Program-made: the position numbers and the translations under genes
Source of the DNA: Penicillus capitatus
Lineage: Eukaryota > Plantae > Chlorophyta
DNA: 64,000 bases
Assembly (NCBI GenBank): GCA_965649825.1
Contig: OZ287702.1
Span: forward strand, 62,001 to 126,000
Direction: 5' to 3'
Notes under the pieces: generated by a model
What the model was told of the DNA's origin: nothing
The model's database searches: none
The model's input: the letters and a program-made list of their open reading frames with translations, nothing else
Part shown: piece after piece, positions 1 through 12,399 of the stretch
How positions within the stretch are numbered: the first letter of the stretch is position 1
How the letters are laid out: the number at the start of each line of letters is the position of its first letter

Positions 1-488
1 ACGCTGGTTTTAGGGACGGTACCGAAGGGCTCATTCTCGAAGCGCTGTCAAACGCGTTTTGCATTCATAACATCTGCACCGTCTCTCTGAGTCATTCCGA
101 AGCGAACGCCTTCTACGAAGTCTACAGAGATGTTCTATGTCCAGGCAGATCACCAGCGCCGCCGTCTTTCGGCACTCAGCCTTGCTTTGCAGGCGAATGG
201 ACAGAGATGATGACACAGTTATCATCTGGGCGTTTTATTGCGATGCACGTGTCGAGCAAAGATGTGACAGAGGACTCTGTCGAGGCGCTGCGAGAATTGT
301 GTGGTCCGATGGATCCAGAACTCGGCCGACATATCCATCCCGACTCTCTACGCGCTCAATTCGGTGTGGATAAGACACGCAATGCCATGCATTGCACCGA
401 TCTTGAAGAAGATGCACAACTGGAACTGTCCTACATCTTCCAACAAGAGCATCACTCAGTGAAGCCAGGACACTCTCAGAGAAACTGA
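1..488 (+). CDS. NME7: Nucleoside diphosphate kinase 7-like, 3' part (gene starts before the window)
   Basis: Spliced translation gives ...EANAFYEVYRDV / MTQLSSGRFIAM...ALRELCGPMDPELGRHIHPDSLRAQFGVDKTRNAMHCTDLEEDAQLELSYIF. This matches the second NDK domain of NME7, with the NAxHCTD His motif. Confidence 0.85.
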   Translation, partial: AGFRDGTEGLILEALSNAFCIHNICTVSLSHSEANAFYEVYRDVLCPGRSPAPPSFGTQPCFAGEWTEMMTQLSSGRFIAMHVSSKDVTEDSVEALRELCGPMDPELGRHIHPDSLRAQFGVDKTRNAMHCTDLEEDAQLELSYIFQQEHHSVKPGHSQRN

Positions 489-956
489 CACTCACATGGC
501 ATTATAGCAGAAAAGTTGTCATCTATTATATCATGCTACATGTCAAATCAAGCAACAGATTCCAAACACGTCATCCGCCATCAGTGATTGTCCATTGAGC
601 ACTTGAACCACCCGAGCTAAGCGACAAGCAGAATAGAAGATTGCCATTTGGCAAAACTGTTTCGAAATCGTTCATCATTACGCAGATGGTTCCCAGCCAC
701 ATCTTCAATCCGCAGTCCCAAAATGAAAAGAGGCTAGAGAACAGAAACCCAATATGATGACGATATCCCTCCTATCTCTCGAAACGCTCCATGGATACCA
801 TATAACGCAAAGGCAGTATATGTGTTGCGATCCGAGTACAACAATGTCTCTTGGACAAAAAATCAAATCCAGCTTGTTGAGTGAACTGAAGAGAATGCAT
901 GTGCTCTCCGACAAAACCAAGACGCATGTGCTTGTCCTTCGGACGAAAGAGTGATC

Positions 957-1973
957 TCAGTGGATTTTTTTACTTGTCTCTTTGGACGGGGGTTTGCTTT
1001 TCGAGAAAATTGTTCGCCTTGAAGCGTCGACCATTTTATAGAACCAGTAGTAGTTTAGGAGATTTCCTGAAAAACAGAAGCTTAAGAGCAGTCCCTTTTC
1101 CAGCGCTCCTATCTCTTCGGGCAGCCTCTCCCAATCCCATAGATAGACCCTGATGGCCGAAACTGCGCCAAACACATAGCCTGTTGTGGACAGACATCCA
1201 CGAAACGGAAGATGGCGTACGTGTTCCGACGCAAATCCTAAACACGGCGAAGGAGATCAAAGCGGCAACGCCGTTATAGAAATAGAGAGACGTCTTCTCC
1301 AAGCCAATCTTGAAGAGGATCCATCTGGCATGGACAAACGACGTACTCACTTCCCACAGAATCGAAGCGCATCCTGCAATCCGACCACCCTTATATCTCA
1401 CTTATTCTCACACATTTACCGTAGAAGTAAAACCGGTCGGTCATGAGAATGTAAAGCAAGAAAGTGAAACAGAGGACTCCGTGGAGAATGGGCATACCAC
1501 CGTCGATCCGAACATGCCTCAGTGCCTCGGTGATATCCCAGATGAAGAACCCGCAAGTGATGATGATGGTCAATTGGGAAAGCGCCGTTTTGCCAAACAG
1601 CGAATCTTCCCACAATGAACGATCCGCCAAAGATACGAACGTCAAGATCATCTGTACAGCACGTCCACTTCAATTCCCATCATCCGATGCCGGACGTGAC
1701 CTGTGGGATGTTGTGTATGGCACATAAAACACGAAATCGCAGTCCTCTGTGCACAGCCACCTCCTCTTCTTTCTTCACGCCGTGTCCGAGGCTCAAGAAC
1801 GGTTTGGATATCGTTTTCCATATCGAAGGCCGATGCAACATCCAATGCAGTACAAAGAAGGTCACTCCTGTCACATCACCCATTTCCTATGGCTGTCGGG
1901 CTATAGAGTGTCGCCGACCGGCTAAGAGAGTGCCGAGGAGGGTGACATCGCGACGGTCGTTGAGGAGTGACAT
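957..1973 (-). CDS. TLC (TRAM/LAG1/CLN8) domain membrane protein, multi-exon
   Basis: Hydrophobic exons include ITCGFFIWDITEAL...ILHGVLCF, LWEVSTSFVHARWILFKIG...YFYNGVAALISFAVFRI and GNLLNYYWFYKMV, which are typical TLC motifs. Confidence 0.8.
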
Positions 1974-2063
1974 GAAATCGGCAGTTCTTGTTCGGCGAGA
2001 GAATATGACTTGTCGCCAATTTGGCGCACTGGCGATAATCGACGCGACAATACGCGTCGATGA

Positions 2064-3251
2064 ATGATGATGGACCATCAATACCTGCTAGATTCCCGAG
2101 CCGTCTCGAAGAGCTCGCACGATCGATCGATCTCTCATCGGGAGGAGGATACCATGAAAGAGAGCGATTCGTTATCGACGTTCGAAAAGGAACGTCTGGA
2201 GCGCATTGCTCAGAACAAACGACTTTTGGCGGAGCTGCAGATCAACACAGTAAGTACGTTAGACGAGGTCGTCCGGCCGACAAATGCCACTTTGGCTGTT
2301 AGGCCGTAAACGCACTCGAAGAGCATTGCGTTAAGAAAGTCGAGGCGGCGTGTCCTCCAAAAAAGACGCGACGAGCCAAGGTGTCTTCCGCGAAGACAGC
2401 AGGTGTAGCAAAGACGGTTCGTCGATCGAGAAGACTAGAAGGAAAGACACCCGTCTACAATGAACGCATTCTTTCCAAAGAAGCGACACATTCGCACGGC
2501 AAGCCGCGCCAGAAGAAAAGCGTTCGTGTTGGTACGGTTGCTGCTCTGTGACCGGAAGGACGGTTTCTGTCGGGCAGATGTGACCAAGCCTGAGTTCTAT
2601 AGCGAAGAACACATCCGTGTCCTTGGATCGTATGTCAAGAAATGGCAAGGAATCCAGTGATGGTGGAATGAGGTGATCCGCGTGTTCTAGGGAGCTGTTT
2701 GTGAATGGCTATGATAAGGATGGGATGCGCATTCATGATCCAGTTAAGGGCAAAACGTGCCATCAGTGTCGCCAGAAGACGATTGGGAAACACACCAGCT
2801 GCTCCAAGTGTCAAACCCTGAAGGTGCACCGATCGATGCACAGAGGTCTGCTTCTGACGGCGCTCGGGTTGCACCGTAGGGATGTTTCTGCGGAGATTGT
2901 CTGTTTATGCGCTATGGTGAGAATATCGATGAAGTGATGGCGAAGAAGGAATGGATCTGCCCAACCTGTCGCGATATCTGTAACTGTAGCTTCTGTCGTA
3001 TCGCAAAGGTATGTATGCCAAGAGAGTGCTGGACATGCTGGAAAGATGCTTTTGCATGACAGGGCTGGCCTCCTACTGGGCCGATGTATAGAAAAGCGAT
3101 TTCGGAGGGGTACAAGTCCGTTGCGCACTATTTAGTCCTTAAGAATCAGCAGGACAAGGAGAATGTTTCTCCTGGCAGAAGAGAGCGCCTTTATAAGAAG
3201 TCAGGACGCGTCATGACCCGTTCTATGGGTGCTGCGCTGAATGGAAATTGA
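2064..3251 (+). CDS. CDCA7: CDCA7-like protein with zf-4CXXC_R1 zinc finger
   Basis: N-terminal FEKERLERIAQNKRLLAEL, then GKTCHQCRQKT...CSKC...FCGDCLFMRYGENIDEV...WICPTCRDICNCSFCR...GWPPTGPMYRKAISEGYKSVAHYLV. Confidence 0.85.
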
Positions 3252-4805
3252 AAGTACATGCACGTACGTATGCATGCTTTGGACAAAGAGAATCATGCCT
3301 GCAACAGAACCGACCGCTATGTATTCCTAAGTGTCCGGAAGAAATTCAACAGTGAAGATGGGACATCTCGTCTCATCTTGTGTCTTTTTTAGCAATTGAG
3401 CAAAGGGTGGATTGGCCGCCAAGCAGTGCTTAAACACATGACTGACATGCAACAGTGGCGGAATGTTGTCTTCTTGGTTGTTGGGAAAGACACAGATCAA
3501 ATGACATCAGCAATACGCACACACAGAGAAAGTGAAAAAATGCGAAAAGAATCCTCCCTCGGAAGCGAGATCAGCGAGACAGCAAGCAGCAGACGTACAT
3601 AACAAACACATAGCATAGAAACAACAGTCGCAGAAATCATGACTTGATTGCATCGTGATGATCAGGGAGACGAACAAAAGAGCAAAACAAAAACGATGTC
3701 GTTGTTGCTGTAGTGTGGATGCGTAAAATCTTTCTTTGGATTGCAGACGGTCAAATGATCTGATGCTTTAAAAGTTAAGACATGACGTGTCCGGTACAAA
3801 GCGCAAGGAAGACGATGGACCGACCGAACAGGTTGGTTGGACGAAGCCTACTAAACTAAGAGACGAAATTAAATGCACAAGGTGTCATGCATGCATCCCT
3901 TCGAATGCCGTGCATCCCGGTGCATCCACATCTTTATTGTTGACCATGCCCTGAGCCATTGCAAGAAACGACATCGAGAGAGCGCGTATTCTTGTCCAAC
4001 TGCATCATTCCTACGTGTGAGGTGTGGGGAATAACTACTTTATTGCTAAGAGAATAAAAAAGGGTAGGTAGGTACGTGTCCTTCTCCGAGACGACCATGG
4101 ATGGATGTGGAGATGCATACATACATCATCGTCTATCCACACTTCGTTGGAGAGATGAACAGGATAAGAGGATTTGGTTTTAATCACTCTACAGCAGATC
4201 CGTCACCGACATTGATGCCTTTCATGAAAGACCGTGACGTGGATTATGCACTATACAGCAACCAGGCTGTCGGGATGACGAATTGAATAGATCAATTCGC
4301 TTTGGGAGTGGCAGTTAAGCAAAAGAATCAGAAGGGCTGCGTAATTTTCCGAAAAAGAAAAAAGCCCACACACAATAGCTGAGTATCACAGCAGCAAGTT
4401 AGAATTCATGACGAGCAAGCAGTCAACGTAAACAATTGGGAAAGCTAGCCGCGAGAAGATGGCAAAATTAAAAGCTTTATTTGTGTAACGGCATCAGTCC
4501 ATGCATTCCGCATACATCACACACACCTAGTCAAGATTTCGATTTGCTAATGCTCTTCGTTCATAGTTATCCAACCGACATGATATGCTTCTACACTCGT
4601 ACCCTACTCTCTCTGTCAAGCAAAGTCTGTTTTCAGGCATCAATCAGTGAATAACCCAAGTAATCTTGTTGCTTTTCTTGAACAGCGGATTTGCGGTTTT
4701 GATGGAGAATCCCACCGTCAACCCGCTTCTAAACAGTGAGAAAAGCCAAATGTCATACTCCTTAGAAAATAAACTGAACAAACAGTACATAAATGTCCAA
4801 AAAAG

Positions 4806-5918
4806 TCAGCATGTTGCCGTTCTTCTGTGCGTAGCTTTTCGGGTTTTAGGACGTAGGTTCTTTATTTTGCGGTTTCGGCTCTGTTGACGCTCTCTCTTTG
4901 CGTCGCGAGGTGCATCTGTCACCTGATTTTGATCCCGATGCTCTCGCTGCCTGGGGGTCATGAAAGCCTCTTGTCTGTTCTCTTTGTCATCTTCGAGTTC
5001 TTCAAGCTTTTTCTCCATCATCTTTACCAGATTCTCTCTGCGACGACATCGTCCTGCTCCGCTTGCATGAATTGGAGACATCGTTCGAGGTTCTGTACAA
5101 CAAGTATGCATGTATGTATGAGATCTCACTCACTCTTAGGATCATGTATCTCACTCACCACAGCGCTCTGGAATGTCGGCTACGGTTCTTGGGGTTTTGG
5201 ACGGTGTTGGAGATCGCGATCTGAACAGGACACTCCTTCGCAGTTTCGAAAGCGAATCCGCCAAAAGAATTTTCTTTCTAGATTCGGCCGCTTCAGGAAA
5301 GAGCGCTCTGATTCGGATGGATGGATGTGTATCAAAACTCTCATTCTGTGCGTTCGTGTTCGTGTTTGACAATGAGCTTCTTTTTCGTTGTCTCGGTCGG
5401 TTTGGTTCAGCAGCGGCAGACTTTTCAGACTTGCAGTTTATGATGATGCATCCTTTTCCTTCGGGTCGATTCAGATTCGATGAGACACAATTGAAGAATG
5501 GCACGCGTTTGATCTCTTTGAGTTTTCTTCGGATACGTGTCGCAACTGAAACGGGCGTCACCACATTCAACGCGTTGTAGGAGCTAGCGATTTCAGACCG
5601 GGCAGCAGTGTGTGGGATTTTCCCACTAACGTCTGGCGTCGGGGCTGACCTCTCCGGAAACGTGTTCTCGTTCTCTCGTGGCGTTACCCTCTTCAACCGA
5701 CGTGTCGAGGAGCTGCTCCGGTCTCGACATCCTGCCACGTTGACGGGTTTGACGGAAGACGTGCGACGTGTCAAATGTTCCGCAGCGAGACCTTCTCTAG
5801 GAATCTTCTTCTTCGTCTTTGTCTTTTCCACGACGAAGAAATCCCTCGGGCTCATATTCGACCTTGACATCATCTGGCCTACACGCACCATACACGCGTC
5901 TTTACACCTCCCAGGCAA
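4806..5918 (-). CDS. Hypothetical basic, Ser/Arg-rich low-complexity protein
   Basis: A 255-aa ORF (5151-5918) and a 107-aa ORF (4806-5129) are separated by an intron-like gap with a GTGAGT donor. No recognisable domain. Confidence 0.4.
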
Positions 5919-6649
5919 ACGTGTCGTGCAGGCGTAACGAGATGGGTTTAGAAGCTAGCCGGCATGAAAAGAAACCGTCAAGTCAAGTGAACTTCGCATA
6001 GCGTACGCTTCTCGTGTTCGACGTCTTCGCAGGAACAAAACGCGAATCGATGTATTGACGCGTCGCCGAGCAAGACTTACAATCATTCATCGTGTGCATT
6101 TTTATCTCTCGACTACAGCGAGACAAGAGGCGGATAAAATGCGCTGGGAATCTGAAAAACGAGGTGAAAAAGCACGGGTCTTGGTTTCTCAGACGTTATG
6201 GCAGGTTTCGAATTATCGACTGCCTTTCTTGGAATGATGATACAGGTCGGATTCGAGGCACTTATATTTTGGGAACAGACGGCTTAAAGACTGGCCAGGC
6301 AAAGCAGACGTGGATGGACACCTTAACCGGCCTCTTCATCAATCAGAAGACGTCAGGTTGCGCGGTGACGAATCCCTTCGGTTCTCGACTCAATAATATC
6401 TTCAAATCGTATTGCGCTCTGCCACGACAGACACGCGGCAAATACCGACGACCGACAAACCGTTCCATCGACGTCAGACAGGCATACGAGACAGCGCGCC
6501 CGAAGCGGTTTCTGAGGCATCCACGCTCGATAGACTCACAAAATCACAGGTTCACAGCAATGGTGCAATTAGACACCACCCAAGACGCATGGCATCAGAC
6601 AGAAGCCCTAACCATAACGACGGCAAAATATCATGCCCGTGCTGTAGCG

Positions 6650-7259
6650 CTATGTGCTGCCGGGATTTCCTTTTCCTTCGACGGTCGCTCGAATCAGCTC
6701 CACCGCTTCCTCCACATTCGTAATCTTGGCAGATTCTGAGAATTCTCACTCACCGATCACACAATGACCATTTCGACCGTAAACACCTAACCTTCATCGT
6801 TGAGCTGAATCTCGAACTCCTCTTCCAGTGCCATCATCACTTCCACCTGTCACATCAAAGCAACCCACAAGGTCAAGACCTTGATCGATGCCAATATCCA
6901 TCGTTTTTACAATATCGAGTGAATCCTTTGTCATATCGGTGAACATGGTGCCATATTCCACCTAATGCATGACCCTGTAAGGTCGAGTGCGAAGAAATCG
7001 GCGCCAGGATACCTTTTCGACATCTAGTTGGTTCATGATGATGGTCTTGGTACGCTCGAAGACCTCCGCCTTGTCAATCTTCGCCGCCATCATCACGACT
7101 GCTCGTCTCCGCAATACAGAGGTATACTGTCAATCAACATTGCCCTGACGTCGTTGTCGTTTCGCGAGCGTCTGTTACCGCAGGGATCCGTTTTGGCATT
7201 GGGGAGCGAAGGACATGGGCTCGCGTGGCGAAATGCGTTCGGACGCCGAAGGATGCCAT
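6650..7259 (-). CDS. ACP: Plastid acyl carrier protein with transit peptide (missed by the ORF track because of short exons)
   Basis: Exons join to MASFGVRTHFATRAHVLRSP...AAKIDKAEVFERTKTIIMNQLDVEK/VEYGTMFTDMTKDSLDI/VEVMMALEEEFEIQLNDE/ESAKITNVEEAVELIRA. The DSL phosphopantetheine motif is present. Confidence 0.9.
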
Positions 7260-7410
7260 CTCGCAAAACGCTCGTTTCTTTATGGCGCGCACAAACAAAC
7301 TCACCAAGACCGACGATGTAACAGTTTAACCGAGATCTGATGAAGCAGCGCAAAACGCACGCGTGAATAAATGGTTGTTGTCTTGTTCAAAATGAACAAT
7401 GGTAATGCCT

Positions 7411-8529
7411 TCAACTCGGGAGAGTCGTCGTCATCGTTTTGGACGGAATAGACTCTTCTTCGTCCAAAGCTTTCAAAACTTGCATGACCACATCGGGTCC
7501 CCAACTGCCTTCGGCTTCGCGCGTTCCGTCGGATCTAACGACAAAGCGCAATGCAAAGGCGACGGTTGGCAGCTCATCGTCGTCCATCTTTTTGCGACTC
7601 CATAGTCGACTTAGCAATGAGAGGCGCCTTTGCGATGCTTGTCCCTGCATCCACAGGCGAGGCGTGCTCATCTCTAACTGTGCCTCAGATCCCTCGTCGC
7701 CCCAATCTCCACACACTTCCAGTGTTGCAACCCCTCGTCTGCAGCACCATATGGATGCGATATGACAAGTGATGGGACCTTAGGCTCTTGAGTAGATGAA
7801 CGAAGTCACGGTACTCATCGTGAGACAACGAGATGGACCAGTCGGAGCCAGACACAAACGCAGCATAGTCGGAGGTCGATCGGCTTTGGTCCGCCGGACG
7901 CGGATTCACTCCCAATTTCCATCCCTCTCCTTGGAAGACGCAGGCGTCGTCCATCTCTTCAGAGTTCTCCTCCAAGCTTTCCAACATCGTTTCTATCACA
8001 ACACGACGCACACGTAACAAGCTTTCTGCGGAAGGGTAGCCAACCGGAAGTACCGGAAGATGTATTCGATGTCGTGACAGGGACGATCGAACAACCGTTG
8101 ACATCGCACTGTAATCGCACCTTCGCTGTCTCTGCGACAGAATGCCTCTCCTTTGTCCGTGCATCTCGTTGTGCTCCCTACCAACTTTTCGACTTGCTGC
8201 CATCTGTTTTGTACCGCCGCTGATCAGCTGTCCTTTCTCGACAGGCATTCTTTGCGCCTGCGATCGCACTTCATCCATCAATGCATCGGCTTTCTTAAGC
8301 GCTTCGGTTAACGGATCGTCTGCTTGCTAAAGGACAAGGCGCTGGAATGGCGTCGTTTTGAGAAGGAAAAGACGTTTTCTGCAGAGGAAGATGTATCTGC
8401 CGAGCAGCGTGTCGTGATCCGCGACGGTCGTTGTCGTACAGGGACGTTTTCGGTTGTCGTCCATAGCGCTCTTCCCTGTAGCGAGGAGCGCGTGATCGCG
8501 AACATCGACGAGGCATTGGGAAAGGCCAT
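7411..8529 (-). CDS. DUF1818 family protein (cyanobacterial origin), probably plastid-targeted
   Basis: GEGWKLGVNP...YAAFVSGSDWSISLSHDEYRDFVHLLKSL...LWMQGQ...FALRFVVRSDGTREAEGSWGPDVV resembles cyanobacterial DUF1818 (GEGWRLGWDP...GGEDWAIELTEAEFNDF...RRCEGSW). The N-terminus is Ser/Thr/Arg-rich like a transit peptide. Confidence 0.7.
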
Positions 8530-8678
8530 TAGGTAACAACCGCTCGGATCCAACGTGTCCACAGTAGATGTCACGTCCAGATGGCCACGTCAGTCTTATT
8601 CATACGTCCTTTATCCGTGACACACATGAAATGTATCCTCAGATGCTACTGTATGCCAAGGATGGCAGGGGACCTTAT

Positions 8679-9944
8679 TCAGACTCCGTAGCCATCCGCG
8701 TATTTCGGATCGTTGTAACGGCACTGTTCATTATGTCCTGCTTCAAATCCACTATACTGGTATTTCATGGCTTGCATGATCGCGAGAAGTGTCTCCGGCG
8801 GGCAGCACAGTCCTTCCTTCGACAGATAACGGATTGCTGAGAGCGTGCGGATACCGCCAATGGGATAACGCCTCCATGTTTTCTTTGGCATGACATAAAC
8901 GGCATCGGGATGCTCTTCTAACAACCAGCTGGCGTAACTGGCGTACTCTGAGAATCCCATGGGGATGTCGTCTGGAGGCAAGGCGCGTAGAATGGCCTCT
9001 ACCCATGGCGGTTTTCCCACTGCCGTGCTGCCTCGAGGTAAAGAAGAGAGGAACGATAGAAACTCATGCATAAACGGCTTGTATACGACCATCCAGTGCG
9101 TCACGAAGGAGCTTCCATCCGGAGCACGTTTTAGCATCGATCCCGTTAAATTCTTGTAGGAAGCATCGTAGCCTGCATGGTTATGCCCTACTCCACATGT
9201 CACATCTCACACGTGTGAGATGAGCAAAGGGCAAACCTCCAATGTTCATGACGGTTTGTCTCCCATGCTTTTCAGAATGGTAGAAAATGTTGAGATCTCT
9301 CAAGAGTATCATGTCCAGATCCCAGATGAGATAATACTCACTTAAATCTGGAAGATACTCCAATGCTCCCATCTTGAGGAATTGTTGGAAGTACCACCCT
9401 GCATTATCTCTCCCTTTAAAGAAATTCTGATCAAAGGCGCCGCCGTACGTCGTCTTCAAGTATTCACGAATCCCTTCTTTTGTCACTCCGGGAAGCAAAT
9501 TTGCTTCAGAATGACATTGGACATTCGAGGCGAAGCTCCGGAATTTGTGACAGTAGCCGTCCTGTGAAGTGACGACGATGATGCGCTGTGGGGCAAAGAA
9601 GGTATTCAGGGCTAGAATGGCTTTCTTTGTCACACAGGTTGGTTTTACCGCAAAACCTATACAAGAGAGATGACTGAGATCAGTCATCAAATCGCAAACG
9701 GTGGGTGCTCGTTACCGACAACGTCCATTCGTTGGTGCTGTCCGCGTTCGTCGTGAATCACGGTCATCGGAATCTGCCAGTTGGCGGTCACGGTAAAACA
9801 AATCATCAGGTAGAGGAAACAGCAGAAAAGTGAGAGAGTGAGACGGGTGAGTGTTAAACATCTCCACGTAGGACGCCTCGACTTCGACATTCGGCGTTTT
9901 CTGGAAAATAACTGCGGCGAAAACGGTACGGCGACGACGGACAT
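8679..9944 (-). CDS. Type II membrane glycosyltransferase-like protein (DUF6492-like)
   Basis: An N-terminal TM segment is followed by GWYFQQFLKMGAL...YYLIWDLDMILLR (DxD), FVTHWMVV and GFSEYASYASW. Confidence 0.6.
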
Positions 9945-10026
9945 GATGATGATGAGCGAAGCAGATCGATTTAGTCACTCTTCATCTGATTTGTGGTTCA
10001 TCTGCGACGCAGACGTCACATCAACA

Positions 10027-10917
10027 ATGTCCAACGATGCACAGCCGGCACCGATACCACGATTGGAGCTCGTGAAATTCAATGTGGGACATACGCCGTT
10101 TGTCATGAGTCGTGAAACGCTGAATGCCTATCCTGACTCGTTGCTCTGTGCACTGGCAAAGACGCATGAAGATGGTGTGGCCAACCGTGAGTACCTTTTT
10201 GTAGACAGGGACCCCACGTCGTTTCCTTGGATCATTGAGATCTATAGGTGCGGGTTAGGCATCTCGATACGCCTTGGTGGTTGAATCTGTCTTTTCAGGA
10301 ATGGTCGATACAAATCACAGGTTCCTGATATGTGGGCAGAAGAGCTCCAGAAAGATTTGACCTTCTATAAATTGCCATCTCTGTTAGAGTTGGGTATTTC
10401 GAAAGAGGAGCCGATAATGGACCCCATCGAAGCCAACACACCGCCGCTCCCACTTCTTTTTCGCAAAGTGGTCTCAGAACTGACCCATTGTGGTGCCGTT
10501 TATCTGCTTCCAGTGGACGTCATTGTGTACTTCGAATGCAAAGAGGGGGGTGTAGAGGGGATTGGACCCAAGATTCTGATAGCCCCTCTGTCCGAAACAC
10601 GACTCAGACGCCCGACAGTTCAAGAGGATCATCATGAAGGACTCCTGAAGATTCTACGAGATGGATGCGTCAACAAAGATCGTGTGACACTGGAATGGGG
10701 TAAAAAGCTCTGCGCACGTCGTTTGAAGAAAGAGTACTGGATCATCGATTTCTCGGACGACGCCAAACGAGCCATTCTCAATAAAGAAGCCGAGAAATGG
10801 GATATGGAGGTCGTGTTCAAGAGTCGGGCATTTGGGAAGGACGGGAAAGACATGACACTGAACTTACTGGTCGTGCAATACAGAGAGACAAAACTGCCCA
10901 ATCTGCAAAGCACTTGA
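10027..10917 (+). CDS. BTB/POZ (KCTD, T1-type) domain protein, one intron
   Basis: LVKFNVGHTPFVMSRETLNAYPDSLLCALA...LFVDRDPTSFPWIIEIYR/NG...ELQKDLTFYKLP. Confidence 0.8.
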
Positions 10918-11093
10918 TTGAGATGCTCGTCAGAGATCAGCGAAGGCACAAAGGGGATATATATAATTCCTTATTTACATGGCGTTTGCTTTCACATGTG
11001 CCATGAGCAGACAGAAAAAACATACAAAAACGAAACAAAGAAGCGTTCATTGAGAGATTCACAAAATGATAGGCGCACGTTTGAGCGAATTGC

Positions 11094-12365
11094 TTATGCT
11101 AGACGAGATTGCAGAGAAATCGCGAATTCTGCCATTTGAACTCATAATTTCTTCGACGACCAAACAGACGGCCAATCGCGAACTGAGAACTTCCAGTCTG
11201 TAGGCAGGATGTGTCGGCATGCTGAGCATTTCAGGAGATGATCTCTTGTCTCTGGCACGCGACCGCAAAAGCGGCAAAGAATTGAGTCTCCATCGGCGGT
11301 ATTGAGCAAATTAAACCTGTTGAGATAAACACGGGTTGCCAGGTGGCCTGTTAGGAATCTGCAGAGGGCTGTGAACTGTCTTCTGCTGTGTGCTTTCCAC
11401 CATTTCAACCGAGTCATCTTAACCTTGTCAAAGCACGTGGCTTTCAGAGAGCTTGCACGATCCGTCGATTCCCAAGCGATCTTCCCCTTCGAGTCTGCAA
11501 ATGATGAGGCTTCAAAACGCAGTAACTCGAAACCAGCTTGATCGCCGCCATTCATGGATTCTAGAGTGATCTTTTCCCATCTATCCAGTTTTTCTTGCGA
11601 CAGGAACTCTTCGTAACGGTTCCTGATGGGGAACAGCGGTGAGTCATAAGTTCCAGCCAATGCAGGACGAAGATCGTAGAAGGACAAATCTTCCAGTTTG
11701 ACCTTAGCAAGAAGAGAGTGTCGAGTGATTTCATCATCGGGGAGCCTTAGGCCCGCTAGGGCTAATACTGCTGCTGTTGATGTGGTGCGAAGATCCCCAG
11801 TGATGAGGAGGGCACCAGACCGAATGACCGACATCAAGGACTTCCTCTTCTGCGTTAGGGCTCTACTACCGGATGACCAGATCAGGGCTCCGTAGTAGAG
11901 GACTGGTGCAACGCATGCCTGGAACGGTGTACGCAGGACGCCAGGAGTGGCACCCCGTAAACTGTTGCTGATCCGTTTGATGGACTCCAGTCGTCGCTGT
12001 GCTTTCATGCAGACTCCCGAGACGTGAGCGCTGAAGTTTAGCTTGCTGTCCATTTTCAGCCCGAGGTAAGTGAATTGTGGTTCTTCTTGCAATAGGGAGC
12101 CGTCCAGATTCACTTGGATCGATGTGGCCTTTCGGAGTCTTGAGAAGCGTAATAGATGGCTTTTGCTGGCATTAAACTGCATTCCGTTGAGTGTTGCCCA
12201 CTGGACGGCCTTCTTCAAGGAGGACTCGAGATGTGCTTGGCCTTCGCCCCGTGGGCCAATCTGGCAGTATAGCAGACAGTCATCAGCGAATAGACAGCAT
12301 TTCACCTCAGGGGGAACTGAGTTTGCGAGGCTGTTGACAAAGCACAGCACAAAAGGGATGCCAAA
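11094..12365 (-). mobile_element. 5'-truncated non-LTR retrotransposon (LINE): RT C-terminal part plus CCHC finger
   Basis: A 402-aa intronless ORF carries LFADD (YADD-type catalytic motif), FTYLGLKMDSKLNFSAHV, PVLYYGALIW, CRFLTGH and CRFCGRVPETRDHLLKC. The endonuclease, ORF1 and RT N-terminus are absent. Confidence 0.9.
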
Positions 12366-12399
12366 TTACCGGAGAACCCGCAGACAGACTCGTACAGTG

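Noticed and set aside
6092-6739. 215-aa plus-strand ORF
   Set aside because: It has no recognisable domain and overlaps the ACP 3' end antisense. It is probably ACP 3' UTR, although it cannot be excluded without expression data.
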